A stretch of DNA of 64,000 nucleotides from Octopus vulgaris (lineage: Eukaryota). Positions 33,380 to 49,305 of the stretch are shown here, piece by piece. Location: contig OX597822.1 in the NCBI GenBank assembly GCA_951406725.2, positions 69,316,001-69,380,000 on the forward strand, in the 5' to 3' direction. The notes beneath the pieces were generated by a model, which searched no databases, was not told where the DNA came from, and was given only the letters and a program-made list of their open reading frames with translations. The translations under genes and the position numbers were made by a program. Position 1 is the first letter of the stretch, and every line of letters starts with the position of its first letter.

Positions 33380-33709
33380 AAGCGCTATGACCCAGTGGTT
33401 AGGGCAGCGGACTCGCGGACTCGCGGTCGTAGGATCGTGATTTCAATTCCTAGACGAGGCACCTGCGGTGTGTGGGGGCGGGGCGAACCCTGCTGTACTC
33501 TTTCACCGCAACTTTCACTCTTTCTTCCTGTTTTTGTTGTACCTGTATTTCAAAGGGGACAGCCTCCTCACACTCTGTATTACGCCGAATCTCCCCGAGA
33601 ACTACATTAAGGATACACGTGTCTGTGGAGTGCTCAGCCACTTGCACGTTAATTTCACAAGAAGGCTGCTCCTTTGAACAGATCAACTGGAACCATGAAA
33701 TATATATAT

Positions 33710-34179
<470 letters not shown>

Positions 34180-34189
34180 AGAGTAGATC

Positions 34190-35946
34190 GTATACGAGTG
34201 GGTATGTATTTGTAAAAAAGAAGTTTGAAAACGCCACTATATTAGATAAATTTTAATTTTCTTATGAATTTTACATGTTTCGGTTCTTGAAAAAACGAAC
34301 CTTATCAAAAATATTATACAAAGTGAAAATTGAAAAGTTCATAATCATTTCTCACTGTTCTCAATAGAATCCATGTGGTGGTGTTTTGTCGGTGGTTGGT
34401 ATAATCGCTATATTCCTGTTGAGTGTATTGAAGAAGTCCATTATTGTTTCTTGCTGGTATTAAAAGGAACCACTTTTTTGTTACCTTGTGTTCCAATGGT
34501 AGCAACAGTAGTGATTGTTGGTCGTAGTAGTTGGTCGTAATTTTGGCAACCTTGGTGGTGGTTGGGGTTAGTCGTAGAGGACTGTTGATCGTAGCAGCAA
34601 AAGTGGTGGGTTCACTGGCACTGTTCACTGACGTCACATAATTCCAAACCAATCAAAACCAAACTTCAACGAATACAAGGTAAAGACCCCCAACTGTATC
34701 CTGTAAGGAAACCAACCAAGTAGAACGACAAGATTGACCACAGAAGAAAAACGTCATCAATTTTTTAACGAATCAAAATCAGCTCTGACCCATAACTGTA
34801 TCCTGTAAGGAAACCAACCAAGCAGAACGACAAGCTTGACCACGGAAGAAAAACGTCATCAAAATCAGATCTGCTCGCAGAAAAAAATTTCTTTATAAAT
34901 TCATTTTTCCCTAAGACATACCACTGCAAGCGGGAGTGACTGTTTAAAGATCTGAGAAATTGTAATTCCACAATTGTAATTGTGGTAGAATTTCATTTTT
35001 CCTTTTCGGAAGACCAATGTTTTGTTTTAATATTCCTGGCCCAAGGTGTTCAAACTTGGTCTAAATTTTTTGATGAAATAAAGTTCTTTATTTTGGCGTT
35101 GGGTGAAGGTTACGCTGTCACTGAATTTCTAAAGTGGGTAAGTTGTAAATTTCGGATTTTCATTTGTAGCACATCTATCTATGTGTCCGCTGACCGGTAT
35201 TTTCCGGTATTCAGGGTTTCTAATTTGGGATTTATGCACCGCCATCCTTTTACGTAAGCTATTTTTTGTATGGCCTATATACTACATATTGCAGCCTGCG
35301 CATGTTAAGACGTAAATTAAGTACGCGTGCCCATCGCTGTTCCCGATCTTTGTCTGTAGAAATTATTGTCAAAAATAAAGTAATTGTTTTCTAAAATAAA
35401 TCTAAGTCCTTCTATTATAAGTTCTTTATTTATGCGAGTTGGGAGTTCAAAGGAGTAGTTATTTAGCCAGAAAGTGATCGCTTCTATTCCTAGGGTGCGA
35501 GGGATGTTTGAATAAAGGTTAATTACGTCGAAGGATACTAGAAGGGTTTTCTCATTGACTGTTTTAGGGAGGTGGTTAAGCATGTCTATATCGTCTCTTA
35601 CGTAGCTTTTGATGTGCTTTAGGAAAGGTGCGTATTATGAAAGGGCCCAACAGTATAATCAGCCAAAAATAATGTATAACCTCAGGACATTAATCAACAC
35701 ATACCGAGAAGGACTCACGGTCAAGGAGTATGAATACATCACTAACTTCAAGTGCAAATCAAGTTTGTTCTACGGTATCCCTAAAGTCCACAAAAGCCAA
35801 ATAATTAGTGAAACATGCAAAACATCTTCCGATATACTCATCAAAATCCCTTCACCAAATGACCTTAAACTCAGACCGATAATAGCAGGCCCAGCATGTG
35901 AAACTCACCGCCTCAGCAATTTCTTTGACACACTTCTTAAACCTTA
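34190..35946 (-). mobile_element. Rearranged, internally deleted Penelope-like element (RT fragments + GIY-YIG endonuclease + 3' pLTR region)
   Basis: Plus strand 35630-35946 gives LFYGIPKVHK...LRPIIAGP...LSNFFDTLLKP. Minus strand from ~35629 continues PFLKHIKSYVRD...LVSFDVINLYSNIP...GTAMGT. Minus strand from 35321 reads LIYVLTCAGCNM*YIGHT...RMAVH...SGH (GIY-YIG with CxxC). Confidence 0.88.
34267..34314 (-). ncRNA. Degenerate type I hammerhead ribozyme in the Penelope 3' region
   Basis: Minus strand AUUU-UUGAUAA-GGUUC(loop)GAACC-GAAAC-AU-GUA-AAAU. Stem II is 5 bp, stem III is the palindrome ACAUGU, and the core has two changes from CUGAUGA. Confidence 0.6.
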
Positions 35947-36008
35947 AATGGAAGGAGATTAAATGCCGAATTGATATGTGTTGTAGTTTTTTTATTTACA
36001 TTACCTTT

Positions 36009-36051
<43 letters not shown>

Positions 36052-37324
36052 TGTGTGTGTGTGTATGTGTGTGTATCAAATACTGCCGAGGTTGACTTTG
36101 CCTTTCATCCATTAGTGATCGATAAAATAAGTATCAGTTGATTACTGAGGACGATCTAATCGACCTACCTCCTCACCTGAGCTTGATGGTCTTCGGCGAA
36201 AATTTGAAAATAATATTACCAATCATGTCTATCGCTATTAGTATAGATTTCTTCTTTCCTTGGGGTTCCTCAACTCCTGATGTAATAGTAAGGGGCCCAT
36301 CGTGATGTACGGCTTGTCTTCGGTATTTTAGACAAGACCATCCTTTTCCAGGTTTGAACTCGACCGACTACTTCTAGAAATGATAGAGAGAAGAATAATT
36401 GATTTCAGATCTGGACTGACATTTTATTTATCGACCCTGAAAGGCTGAGAGGCAAAGTTGACTTCGGCAGGATTTAAATTCAGAGATCAAGGAACCCGAA
36501 CATATAACTTCAAACATCGTATTAAGCGCACTCTACTAACTTTCATTCATACAGGTATGAAACTTCTAAAAATATAGCTTAACTTCATTTCCTATAATTT
36601 TCGAACTCGTACCCACCGACTTTGAAACTTAATATGCTTTCACAGAAAAGAGTCAAACGTCTTGGTAGTTTGTAACTCAACAGTGGATTCCATGCTGAAA
36701 TATGTTTATTTCATTTGTGCTACAAATGTTCCTGGGCAAGGTTTGAACACCACGATGTCCTAACACCGATTCCTTAAGGACAAGGCGTTTGGGCATAATT
36801 AAAAATAAAACTTGATTTTCCTTTTGATTTGTAAAGTAACATTTATAGGAAAATTTAGATAAGGAAATATCACATTGCATTATTCCAGTATATAACATGT
36901 ATCACTTTCATTCTGAGGATTATCTTACATAATGGAGGCAAAAAGAAATAAATTGTTTTAGGGCATGAATCTTGCACGAATTGTGGCTTAACAAATCTAA
37001 GTCATTGCTTGCTGTCTAGAAAGCAACATAAATAAACAAGCAAACACTCACACAAACCCACATATATTCAAATTTGCTTAAAAGCACATAACAACTCAAC
37101 ACTACTAAAGAGCTTTATCTCCTGAATAGCTTTGCGCTTTGTGTAAGGTTCCTATTGTATTCGATGTCAAAGGGTGGGAATTTTTAGCAGAAAAAAAATC
37201 TAAAAGTAAAAGAGAAAACAAATATTTTGAAAATAATTTTTAAACAAGTAAAGTAGTGAGAGTGAAATGGGTGAGGTGAACAGAGAGAAAAGTAAGAGAA
37301 ATAAAAATAGACAGATTAATATAT

Positions 37325-37425
<101 letters not shown>

Positions 37426-39147
37426 CTGACTCAGTCGAGAAACGCAATCTCTTCCCGGCTGAATATTTGACTTGGATTTTATTTTCAAGTTTATGAGTTC
37501 ATATCCAGCAAATAATAATGGCTCTTAATTTAAGCACAAACCTAACAACTTTTGTGGGGGATGGGTTCATCGATTCACTCGACTCGAGTCCTAGTGCTGG
37601 ATTGAAAGGCAAAGCTAACGTTGGAGGAATTTGAACTCAAAATGTAAAAAGCCGGAATAAATTCACCCAGCTCTAATAATGCCTCATATTTTAATCACTA
37701 GGTCAGCAATTTTTTAATGGGTACTGGCTAGTTGACCTCATTAACCCCCCAGTACTACATTTTATTGACACCGAAAATATGAAAGGTTAAGTTGATACCT
37801 GTGAAGAGTTGAACTCAGGAAGTTAATAGCCGACCGTTATGCTGGTCACCGTCGCAGTTATCGTCGTCGTCGTCATCATCATCATCATCATTATCATCAT
37901 CATCATCACCACCACCACCACCACCACCACCACCACCACCACCATCATCATCAGAAATAGTAATAATAGTAGCAGCTTCAGCAGCAGCAGCAGCATTAGT
38001 AGCAACAGTAGTAGCAGCAGCAGCAGCAATAGTAGTAGTAGTAGTAGTAATGAGGCAGAGGTGAAGGAGGCCGAAAGGCTAAATTGCATAGATTTTTATT
38101 GTAGATATGACGATTGGGAATTCTCTTTAGTGGTTGGTTTATACTTTTTGTAGTCTTGTAAACAAGTAATATAAATATACAATTATACATATAGTTTCTT
38201 TTCTTTCTTTCTGTTTTTTTTTTATTTTTGTGTGTTATGCTTTGTAAAGACTGCCTTTTTTTATATTACGCTTTGTAAAGACTGCATTTTTTTATATTAC
38301 ACCTGGATCTAGAGCCAAACCTTAAATTTGTGCAGACGGCGTTATGAATAAGTGGAATTTCCAGAAATGAAAGAAATTATTAATCGGTATGTTTTAGGAA
38401 TGTCAAGTGTACGGAAGGTCAGGATTGCAGTGGAAAATTACCCATAGAATTAAATGGATCTATAGGTGATGGTTTAAATTCGAAGGTTCCAAAATAAAAC
38501 CTTCTGTCGACAGGTAGCTAGCAGAAACGTTAGCACGCCGGGCGAAATGCGTAGCCGTATTTCGTCTGCCTTTACGTTCTCGAAGGCGGCGAGCTGGCAG
38601 AATCGTTAGCACGTCGGGCGAAATGCTTTGCGGTATTTCGGCTGCCGTTACGTTATGAGTTCAAATTCCGCCGAGGTCGACTTTGCCTTTCATCCTTTCG
38701 GGGTCAATAAATTAAGTACCAATTACGCACTGGGGTCGATGTAATCGACTTAATCCGTTTGCTTGTCCCCTCTGTGTTTAGCCCCTTGTGGGTAGTAAAG
38801 AAATAGGTATTAGGAATACAAGCCTGGCAAGCTGGAATAATTAGTTGTTACGTGTAGAGATGTTAGAATCCAGAAAGCGCTGCATCGTATATTTGTTGAC
38901 TCTGTGTATGTGGTTAGAAATGTGACGTGGGTAAGCTCTTTATTGTTGAGATAGGCTTGGCCATGGTGGGGGGTGACAAACTGACCCAAATGCATGTTAT
39001 GAAATGTGTTCAAAATTGCGTGACAATCAGGCGACAGTCTACTTTAGTTTCTACTCTACAACACTCCTTCACTTTGCGTCTCTTTGCAGATTTATATACA
39101 TACATGAATGCATACATATACATGTATACGCACGCATACATAAACGT

Positions 39148-39191
<44 letters not shown>

Positions 39192-39257
39192 GGTCATTTC
39201 AAGAGCGTCGTGTCTACATTAGGGATTAATAAATCCCAAATTTCACTGGTATATGTG

Positions 39258-39337
<80 letters not shown>

Positions 39338-39413
39338 TATACACACACGCGCACACGCACACACACATATATGTATATTATATATTTAATTTATTGTTAT
39401 ATATCGTATACAC

Positions 39414-41540
39414 CAGGCATGTCAAACGGAGGTGCCCTCGAGGGCCATATGGGTCAAATTTGTGTGTTGTCATGAGGGCTGTATTCGCTTCAATTTAAAG
39501 TCATTTAATAAAAATTATTCCACAATATTTTTCTTACCTAAACTTAGAAACATATGGTTTTGCCACATTTAAGAATGCAAAGTAATGAAGTAGTTTAACA
39601 AAAGAAAAAACGAAATTTTAAATGGTAACATAGATTTGAATCCAACAGCAACAAATACATTGTACAAAAATTACAATAGTTCAAAATGAACATTTATTTA
39701 CGACTATTCAAACATTTTTAGTGTTGTGTCCTGAGGCTTGGCACCTCTTTTTACTGACAATTTTTGTTATGCCTGGCTGAAATGTCTGTGCGGTTCCGAT
39801 TTTAATCAGAGATGACAAGTGTTGATCAGTCATACTTGTTCTCTGAGAAGTTTTTGCTGATTTCATGGAGGAAAATAACTGTTCACACACAAAGGTAGAA
39901 CCTAACATTGCCGTAATCCTTGTGGCAGACTTTCTGAAGCTTTTAAAGTTATCAGGAAGGTATGAAAAGAAGCCAGGTATCCCCATTTCGTAATACTTTG
40001 CTCTGTGTGAAGACTTCGACTGCATTTCTAATAGTTCCATCTTCAGGCTTTCTTCTGTCTTAGCAACATCAAAGGTGAATAGTGCTTAGAATAATGCAAA
40101 TACATGTTCAAAAGATGAGAAATCAAGAAATCTTGCCTGAACTTCCATTGACAACAATTCCAGGTGATTGACATTCTGTTTTTCAGCTCTTTGCACTTAA
40201 GAAAATTAACTAAATTTTCATTTGACAACTGCGATTTCCATAAGCTTAATTTTGTAATGAAGCACTTAATGTCATCATACAACTAAGTGGTGAGTTTGTT
40301 TTTACCTAGTAATTTTAAACTGAGATTAGCTAATTGTCCAGTAATGTCCACAACAAAAGCTAAATCCTAGAGCTAACTCTCATTTTTTATTTCATCTGTG
40401 TTTTGACATTTCATCTCCCAAAGCATAATTATTTCTTGTCTCAACAAATAAAACATTTTCAACACTTTGTAGTATGACAACTAGCAGAATTCTGTGTAGA
40501 ATGGAACATCGGTGAACTGTTTATCCATACCTTCCAACAACTGGCTGAATTGACGGTGGTTGAGACCACGGACTCTGGTATAGTCCACTGTCTTTGTGAC
40601 CAAGCTAAGCACATGATCCAATTTAAAAATCTTTGAACACAAATTTTGCTAATGAATAATGCAGTGAAAATGATGAATCTGGATGAAAATTGTCTATTTT
40701 TGTTCGTAACTTGCCAGCAACACTATTATGTTTGCCAACCATATTTGCAGCACCGTCGGTAGATAAGCATGCAATTTTACTCAAATCAAAACCATAGTCG
40801 TCCAGAACCTGTTTAACTTTCTCAAAGATGTCCTGACTTGTTGTAGTGTCATGCATGGGGATGAGTTCAATCAGTTCTTCATAAATATTAAATTCACTCT
40901 CACAGGCCCGATGAAGACCGCAAGCTGTGCTATTCCAGTAATGTCAACGGTCTCATCAATAGCAATAGAAAAATGTTCAAATTTTGATTATGCGGCCTTC
41001 AACTGTTGTTTCAAATCACCAGACTGTTCACCAATCCGTCCAGCAACATTGTTCCTGGTTAATGAAATATCTTTGTTAAGTGTGCTTTCTCTGGACACAC
41101 AATTTCAGCCATTTTTACAAGGCATTGCTTTACGAAATCTCCTTCACTGTAAGATTTCCCATTCATGGCGATCATTCGGCTGAGTTCATAGCTTGCAGTA
41201 ACGGAAGCGACACTCCCTTTCTGATTTTTCGTGAAACAGATCTGTTGCTGTGTCAAGTTAGCCTTCAATTCTTTGTGTCTTGAAATACACATTGGACCTT
41301 CATATTTATCGTAAGGTCGATGGTTCGTTTCATAATGTCTTTTCAAGTTGTACTCTTTCGACGTGGTAATGCTGCTGTTACAGATTAAACAATGTATCTT
41401 TCCATTCACCGTTTTGCAAAAATACTGTAATTCCCCTTTTTTCTTAAAACACTCGCCCTTCGTTCAGTTTCCTTTTTCTCTTGACTGGAGGAACACTAGC
41501 CATTTTAATGACGAAATAGATTTGTAAGTCTACTCACCGG
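39414..41540 (-). mobile_element. Decayed hAT (Charlie/SPIN, GTF2IRD2-like) DNA transposon
   Basis: TIR-like caggcatgtcaaac at ~39414. Frameshifted minus-strand ORFs give CLIC..KEYNLKRHYETNH (BED-like), TDGAANMVG, and GSTFVCEQLFSSMK (hAT dimerisation domain). The other end is lost in (TA)n. Confidence 0.88.
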
Positions 41541-41557
41541 AAATATATATGTTTGTG

Positions 41558-41620
<63 letters not shown>

Positions 41621-41796
41621 CCACTACACACATTTTTTTCTCTCCTTGTTTTTTCTGTGTACCTTTTTGTAGAAGAGCGTAGGCTCGAAACGTAAAAGAC
41701 TTTTTCTATTCCTGAGCGTTATACAAATACATCTGTTTGCTTTGTACACCACCTGTCTTCGTCTATTGTTTTTTTCGTAAACTTTCCCTATACATA

Positions 41797-41873
<77 letters not shown>

Positions 41874-42203
41874 TGTTCACACACAAAGGTAGAACCAAAC
41901 AGTGCCGTAATGCTTGTGGCAGACTTTCTGAAGTTTTAAAGTTATCAGGAATGCATGAAAAGAAGGCAATGTATCCCCACTTGAACATCCATTTGCATTA
42001 TTCTTAGCACCATTCACCTTTGATGTTGCTAAGGCCTGCAAATGGAACTAGTAGAAATGCAGTCGGAATCTTCACACAGGGCAAAGTATTTCGAAGTGAG
42101 GATTCCTGGCTTCTATTCATACCTTCCTGATAGCTTTAAAAACTTCAGAAAGTCTGCCGCAAGCATTACGACAATGTTTGGTTCTACCTTTGTGTGTGAA
42201 GAG

Positions 42204-42241
<38 letters not shown>

Positions 42242-42550
42242 ATATGTATGTGTGTGTGTGTGTGTATATATGTATATATATATGAATCAGTGAGTAATTA
42301 AAATAGTAAATGTCAAAATGTCTTTCGTCATCGATAAGTATCGCTTTTCCCACTCCCTTAACGCTAATTTTATTCTACTTTATTGTTCAACTAGCTTACA
42401 CGTGTCGTGTGAAATGCTGACACTTTTATTAATGACGCGTTAAAATAATAGGAGAAACCGTTGATAACTGTCAGCAATCAACATATAAAAACTGAAGTAC
42501 TTGAACAATCACAATATCTTGGTGGGAAATATTAACATCCATGTAATATA

Positions 42551-43176
<626 letters not shown>

Positions 43177-43244
43177 TGGGTATCAAATGAAATATACATA
43201 TACTCATATATTTATATATATACGCACGCACACACACACATGCA

Positions 43245-43285
<41 letters not shown>

Positions 43286-44122
43286 ATGAACCCATAATTA
43301 TATCTACTGGAACCATGACCTAGCCTTTTTTTTTATTAAAGAAGTGGGTATCAAATGAAATCTATTTCTACTTAACTATGAATTACCAGTGTAAGAGTAG
43401 AGAACAACGAAGAACGAAGCAGAGGTAAAAGAAAAAGAAAGCGGTTTCTGTTCAAATGGAATTTAAAGTATTTCCTATTGATATATTGTGACATACACAA
43501 GCACTTTGATTAAAGAATATCTTCTTTAGTAAATTATATAAATAAAAATGCATAAGGTATGTATGTTCTCTTGAAATTCCATGTTACCCTTTTTGAATTC
43601 CCTTTAAGAATTGTAAGTAGGTAATTACCAATAAGAATGTAGAAAGAGACGAATTATCGTCGTGTTTCAAGGTCAAAATGCTTTTTAAAGATACAAATAA
43701 CTCAAAAAACAGTTTCTAAGGGTCACTATTTATAAATGTGAAGTTACTTTTCGGTAAAACAAGTTAAGTGTTGCTAGTATTGTCTCCCAGAAACATTCGA
43801 ATGACTTCTGGATGTAATCTAGAATGCAGGTAAATAAGTCCCAGGTAAAAAAGGCACAGGAAATAAAGTCACGGTAATAAAGTCACAGGAAAGAAAATCA
43901 CAGGGGTCCAGTCCGCGAGGGGAGGGGTGTCCAAGGGTTTTTTTCTATGGGGGTTTTGTCCGGATCCCATAAATTTATTGTGACTTTTTTCTTAGCCAAA
44001 ATGTTGACTTTATTACTGTGACTTTATTACCGGTTACCGTTTCCCACCATCCTATATCATAAACATATTTTGTTAATGAAGCCAGGCCTTAAGCTAAAAT
44101 TAGATACACGTACTCGCGCGCT

Positions 44123-44186
<64 letters not shown>

Positions 44187-44587
44187 GAGCGAGTAAGAGT
44201 GACAAAAAGAAAGACAGCTGTAAATATATATATATGAGTGTAGGACGACAGCCACCTAGGACAAAATCCCGCAAGGACAAAAGCCCCTAGGACAAAGGTC
44301 TCCCCGTGGACACACACCCCCGGACAAAAGCCCCCCACCCGCCCACCTCGGAAAAAGCCCCTCAGACAAAAGCCACACAGTTCTCAAACATACTTTATAT
44401 ATATATATATATATATAACTAATACATCTGTTATATATATATAACTAATACATCTGTTTGTTTTGTACACCACTTGTCTTCGTCTTTTGTTTTTTTCGTG
44501 AACCCTCTCTCTATATATATGTATATATATGAAGGACCCCCATGGGATTGCACCTAGAGAGTTCCTCTACCAGGCACAAGTCCGGGC

Positions 44588-44686
44588 AAGGTTGTTTATG
44601 GAAGACCAGCAGTCGCCCATGTATATCAGTCGCCCATGTATATCAGTCGCCCATGTATATCAGTCGCCCATGTATATCAGTCGCCC
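44588..44686 (+). repeat. 17-bp tandem repeat cagtcgcccatgtatat (~3.5 copies) inside a repeat fragment
   Basis: Directly visible from ~44610. Confidence 0.8.
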
Positions 44687-45061
44687 TTCTCTCGTCGATG
44701 TTGTCCATCCTGCTTCCATCCCGTCCATCCCGCTTTTGACATCGAGTCAAAAGCGGGATGGACGCGTCGATTTCGTGTTGGTGCCCCACTCTGTCGTACG
44801 CAACTATGAGGATTTGCATCCCCAACGTAAAACTTATAATGTAATATATGTCCTTGAAGTAGTAATTGTACGCAGCTGAAGAAAGCCATAGACACACATT
44901 TACATCAATTATGCATTGTTATAAAACCGTCTAATAAAGGCCCGAAACATATGTACCGCTAAATCCTATGAATCATGTTTTTATTTTGATCAATATACTC
45001 TATCACCTACACCACTAAATGGTATATACAGGTGCTTACAACTATCAAGTATTCACCCTGA

Positions 45062-45138
<77 letters not shown>

Positions 45139-45141
<3 letters not shown>

Positions 45142-45867
45142 TTATATATATAAAACTGAGAATGTGTATGTGTCTGTCTGTCTGTGTGTTTCCCTAAAAC
45201 TTGAGAACTACACAACCAATTTCATTCAAGTTGTATACATACCTTACTTAGGGTCCATGTAGTTTCATGGACAAAAAAATGTTCAACTTCTTGCCTAGAG
45301 CAGGCCCATAGTAATATCATATCTTCTCCACTATTTCAATATTACGTGTTAAAAGTGAAACAAAAATATTTCTCTATTTTATGTCAGATGCTTTCACTTT
45401 TACAATAAAAATAATAATAACAATTGAATTATATGTAGTAAGTAATAATTAAAATCAAACTAAAGTATAATATAATCGTAACATACTAAAGTAAAAATAG
45501 CAATTGGTATAAAATTGCATCAATGATTTGAACTTGAATAAGTGGTTTCACATGAATGGGAATAAATTAAAAATAAAATTAGCGTGCAGAAATGGAATAG
45601 TCCAGATGGATAATAAAAAATTAAATTAAAGAAAAGACTGTTGTCTATAAAGTATACAATGTAGAGAAAAAAGAAGAGCTAATAATTCCAGTCTGTTATA
45701 TATTTTGAGTATTGTTATTACTAGCGATATCAATATATAACTTTGTATTTTGCATTTTATGTGTAGATGTATATATATAGATGTACATGTAATATGTACA
45801 CATATATATACACATATATACATGCACTAGCACTATGACCCGGCAACGACGGGTCTTTAATGCTAGT
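45139..45867 (+). mobile_element. Short non-autonomous Helitron-like element
   Basis: Starts tctttatatatataaaa..(TCTG)n; ends gacccggcaacgacgggtc hairpin + gctagt. Confidence 0.7.
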
Positions 45868-45879
45868 ATATATATATAT

Positions 45880-45992
<113 letters not shown>

Positions 45993-46097
45993 TATATATA
46001 CACACATATATATATATATATATACACATATATATATATATATGTATACACACATATATATATACATATATACATACATACATACATGCATACATAC

Positions 46098-46131
<34 letters not shown>

Positions 46132-46943
46132 TCCTATATGGGGTCCGGACAAAAGTCCCATAGTGTGAAAGTGGACAAAACCCCACGGTTATATTTTTCG
46201 GTAATTTTTTTCTTTTTATTTGTTCCATTCATTTGCATGCGGCCATGCTGGTGCACTATTTTGAAGAATTTTTAGTCGAAAGTATCGACCCCAGAATTGT
46301 TTTTTATGATTTTTCAACCAGCACATGAAGTTAAGCCTAGAAGGTCTCTCCACATGCAAGAAGTAACAGCCAAATCTTAAAATTTCTTTTCATATAATTT
46401 CACGTAAACAAAAACGGTAAATCGCAGTTGTAAAAGAAAAAATTATTTTCCAAAATTCCAATTTCTAAGTAAACAAAATATAGTCAATGGAAAATAAGTA
46501 GAACAGAATAGCAGAATACACAACATGAAATGTGTAGAAACATAAAAGCTACAATCGAGTATATACGTACATACATGCATACACATAAACACATACACAC
46601 ACCTTTGTGCATGCGCGTGTGTGTGTCTGAGTGAGTGTTGCCCCATGTTCACATATGATAGTTGTAAATGAGTGACACTTTCATACAAAGCAGTATCATT
46701 CATGTCCGTGTGTGTGTGTGTGTGTGTGTGTGTATTTTCACTAAATGTGAAAACGTATTATCTTACCTTCAAAATAAAGTATGTTTGAGAACTGTGGGGC
46801 TTTTGTCTGAGGGGCTTTTTCCGAGGTGGGGGGGGCTTTTGTCCGGGTGTGTGTGTCCACAGGGAGATTTTTGTCCTAGAGGGATTTTGTCCTAGGGGCT
46901 TTTGTCCTTGCGGGCTTTTGTCCTAAGTGGCTGTCGTCCTACA

Positions 46944-46978
<35 letters not shown>

Positions 46979-47535
46979 CTGTCTTTCTTTTTGTCACTCT
47001 TACTCGCTCTTTGTGTTTGTGTATGTGTGTGTGAGCGCGCGAGTACGTGTATCTAATTATAGCTTAAAGCCTGGCTTCATTAACAAAATATGCTTATGAT
47101 ATATGATGGTGGGAAACGGTAACCGGTAATAAAGTCACCATTTTGACCATGAAAAAAGTCACAGGAAAAAAGTCACAATAAATTTATGGGATCCGAACAA
47201 ACCCCCCCCCCCAAAAAAAAACCTTTGGACACCCCTCCCCTCGCGGACAAGACCCTGTGATTTTCTTTCTTGTGACTTTATTACCGTGACTTTATTTCCT
47301 GTGCTTTTTTACCTGGGACTTATTTACCTGCATTCTAGATTACATCCAGAGGTCATTCGAATGATTCTGGGAGACAATGCTAGCAACACTTAACTTGTTT
47401 TACCGTAAAGTAACTTCACATTTATAAATAGTGAAACTTAGAAACTGTTTTTTGAGTTATTTGTATCTTTAAAAAGCATATTGACCTTATCAGGCCGAAA
47501 ATGTCGCTAGAAGCTGGGATCACCAAGCGTAGATT

Positions 47536-47572
<37 letters not shown>

Positions 47573-47630
47573 ACACATTGATAAATAAAACACATGCATA
47601 TATACATACATACATACATACATACATACA

Positions 47631-47663
<33 letters not shown>

Positions 47664-48073
47664 GTACATACCTACATCTATATGTATATATACATGCATA
47701 TATGGGTACAGGACACAAAAAAATGTAGAACATAACAAGAAACGAAAACGAAAACAAACACATGGAAACGGACTTTTTCAAACAACGAAAAAACAATGTA
47801 CAAGACATACAGCACAGGGATCATTCCCCTTCTTCAGCTGCCCCTGCTTCAACTACTCCATGTTTCGAAGGTAAGGGCAAGACACGACTTCATTGAAACA
47901 GTCCTTCCCGCAAAGCAAATTAAATAAAATTTTGGATTTTTTGCGGAGGGGTAAAAATGGTGACAAGAACAGGACAGTAAAAACAAAACCAGACAGTAAA
48001 AGCAATACAAATATAAAAGACAGGACAAGGAGAATAACACAGTAAAAACAAACGATAAGGGTTTTTAGGCCTA

Positions 48074-48106
<33 letters not shown>

Positions 48107-48150
48107 TACATATATATATACATATATATATATACGTATATGTATGTATG

Positions 48151-48211
<61 letters not shown>

Positions 48212-48492
48212 ATAATATTAGGGAGTATGGCTCCAAACTTACAGGGAAAAATTAGATTTAGGATTAAATCCAATTTCACAGTATAAATATAAATTAAATT
48301 AGATATAAAACCACTATTAGGTAAATCAAACAATGAAAAACATAAACCATAACGTAAAAATAAACATAATTAATATAATATAATATTTTGTATATTATAT
48401 TAATTATGTTTATTTTTATGTTATGGTTTATGTTTTTCATTGTTTGATTTGCCTAATAGTGGTTTTATCTCTAATTTAATTTATATTTATAA

Positions 48493-48548
<56 letters not shown>

Positions 48549-49305
48549 TGAGTTGTGTGCGTGCATATGCGTGTAATTAAATGTTAGTATAACTTCACGG
48601 TTTACCTAGTAGTCCAAGTCTGTTGTTTTGCTATCGGCCGTTTTTATTACCTTGTATTCGTTCTTAGTGAAGTTATTAGACAATGAAAAGAAATACATGG
48701 ACTTGAAAAAGAAAACAAAGATAAAAAATGTGGACTTCATTGCAATTTTCATATTAAGTGAATTCCTTACAAAATCATTTTTCTCATTCCGATAATATTA
48801 TTTTTTAAAGAGGATAATAAGCAGACGTCCTGCTCGTAACAGGATGTGTCATTCATTGGTTGTTTTCTATATCACGTCATGCATAGCTTTGTCAAAGCTA
48901 TTGAAATATGGAGTACCCTACTAAAACATAATGGTGAAAAGTAGCACGACTGACACGCGTGCTACCATCTGACTAGGGTGGGTCGACACAGCCACTCTTG
49001 CATTTCATAATCATAAGCTATACACTAGCGCGCGCACCTACACATACCTATTCATTTTTTTTTTTATTTTATATCGTTTAGTTTTTATTGTCAGTGATGA
49101 ATAGTAGCATCGCGGTTGCGTGAAACAACAGGCTAGAGGCATGCATTTGAAGAACAAGAATAGAGATTTATTAAATAACTTGCAAAATATTCTTGATTTA
49201 GTGAAATTAGGAGATAGACCAATAGCTTGATGGCTGTTGGTACCAACTCCAAATGAGAAAGGAAGATAATTTCAAGAACCAAGGATTCTTCAAAATTGAT
49301 ATGCT

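Noticed and set aside
39708-41409. Domesticated GTF2IRD2/ZBED-like host gene
   Set aside because: Multiple stops and frameshifts plus an adjacent TIR indicate a dead transposon.
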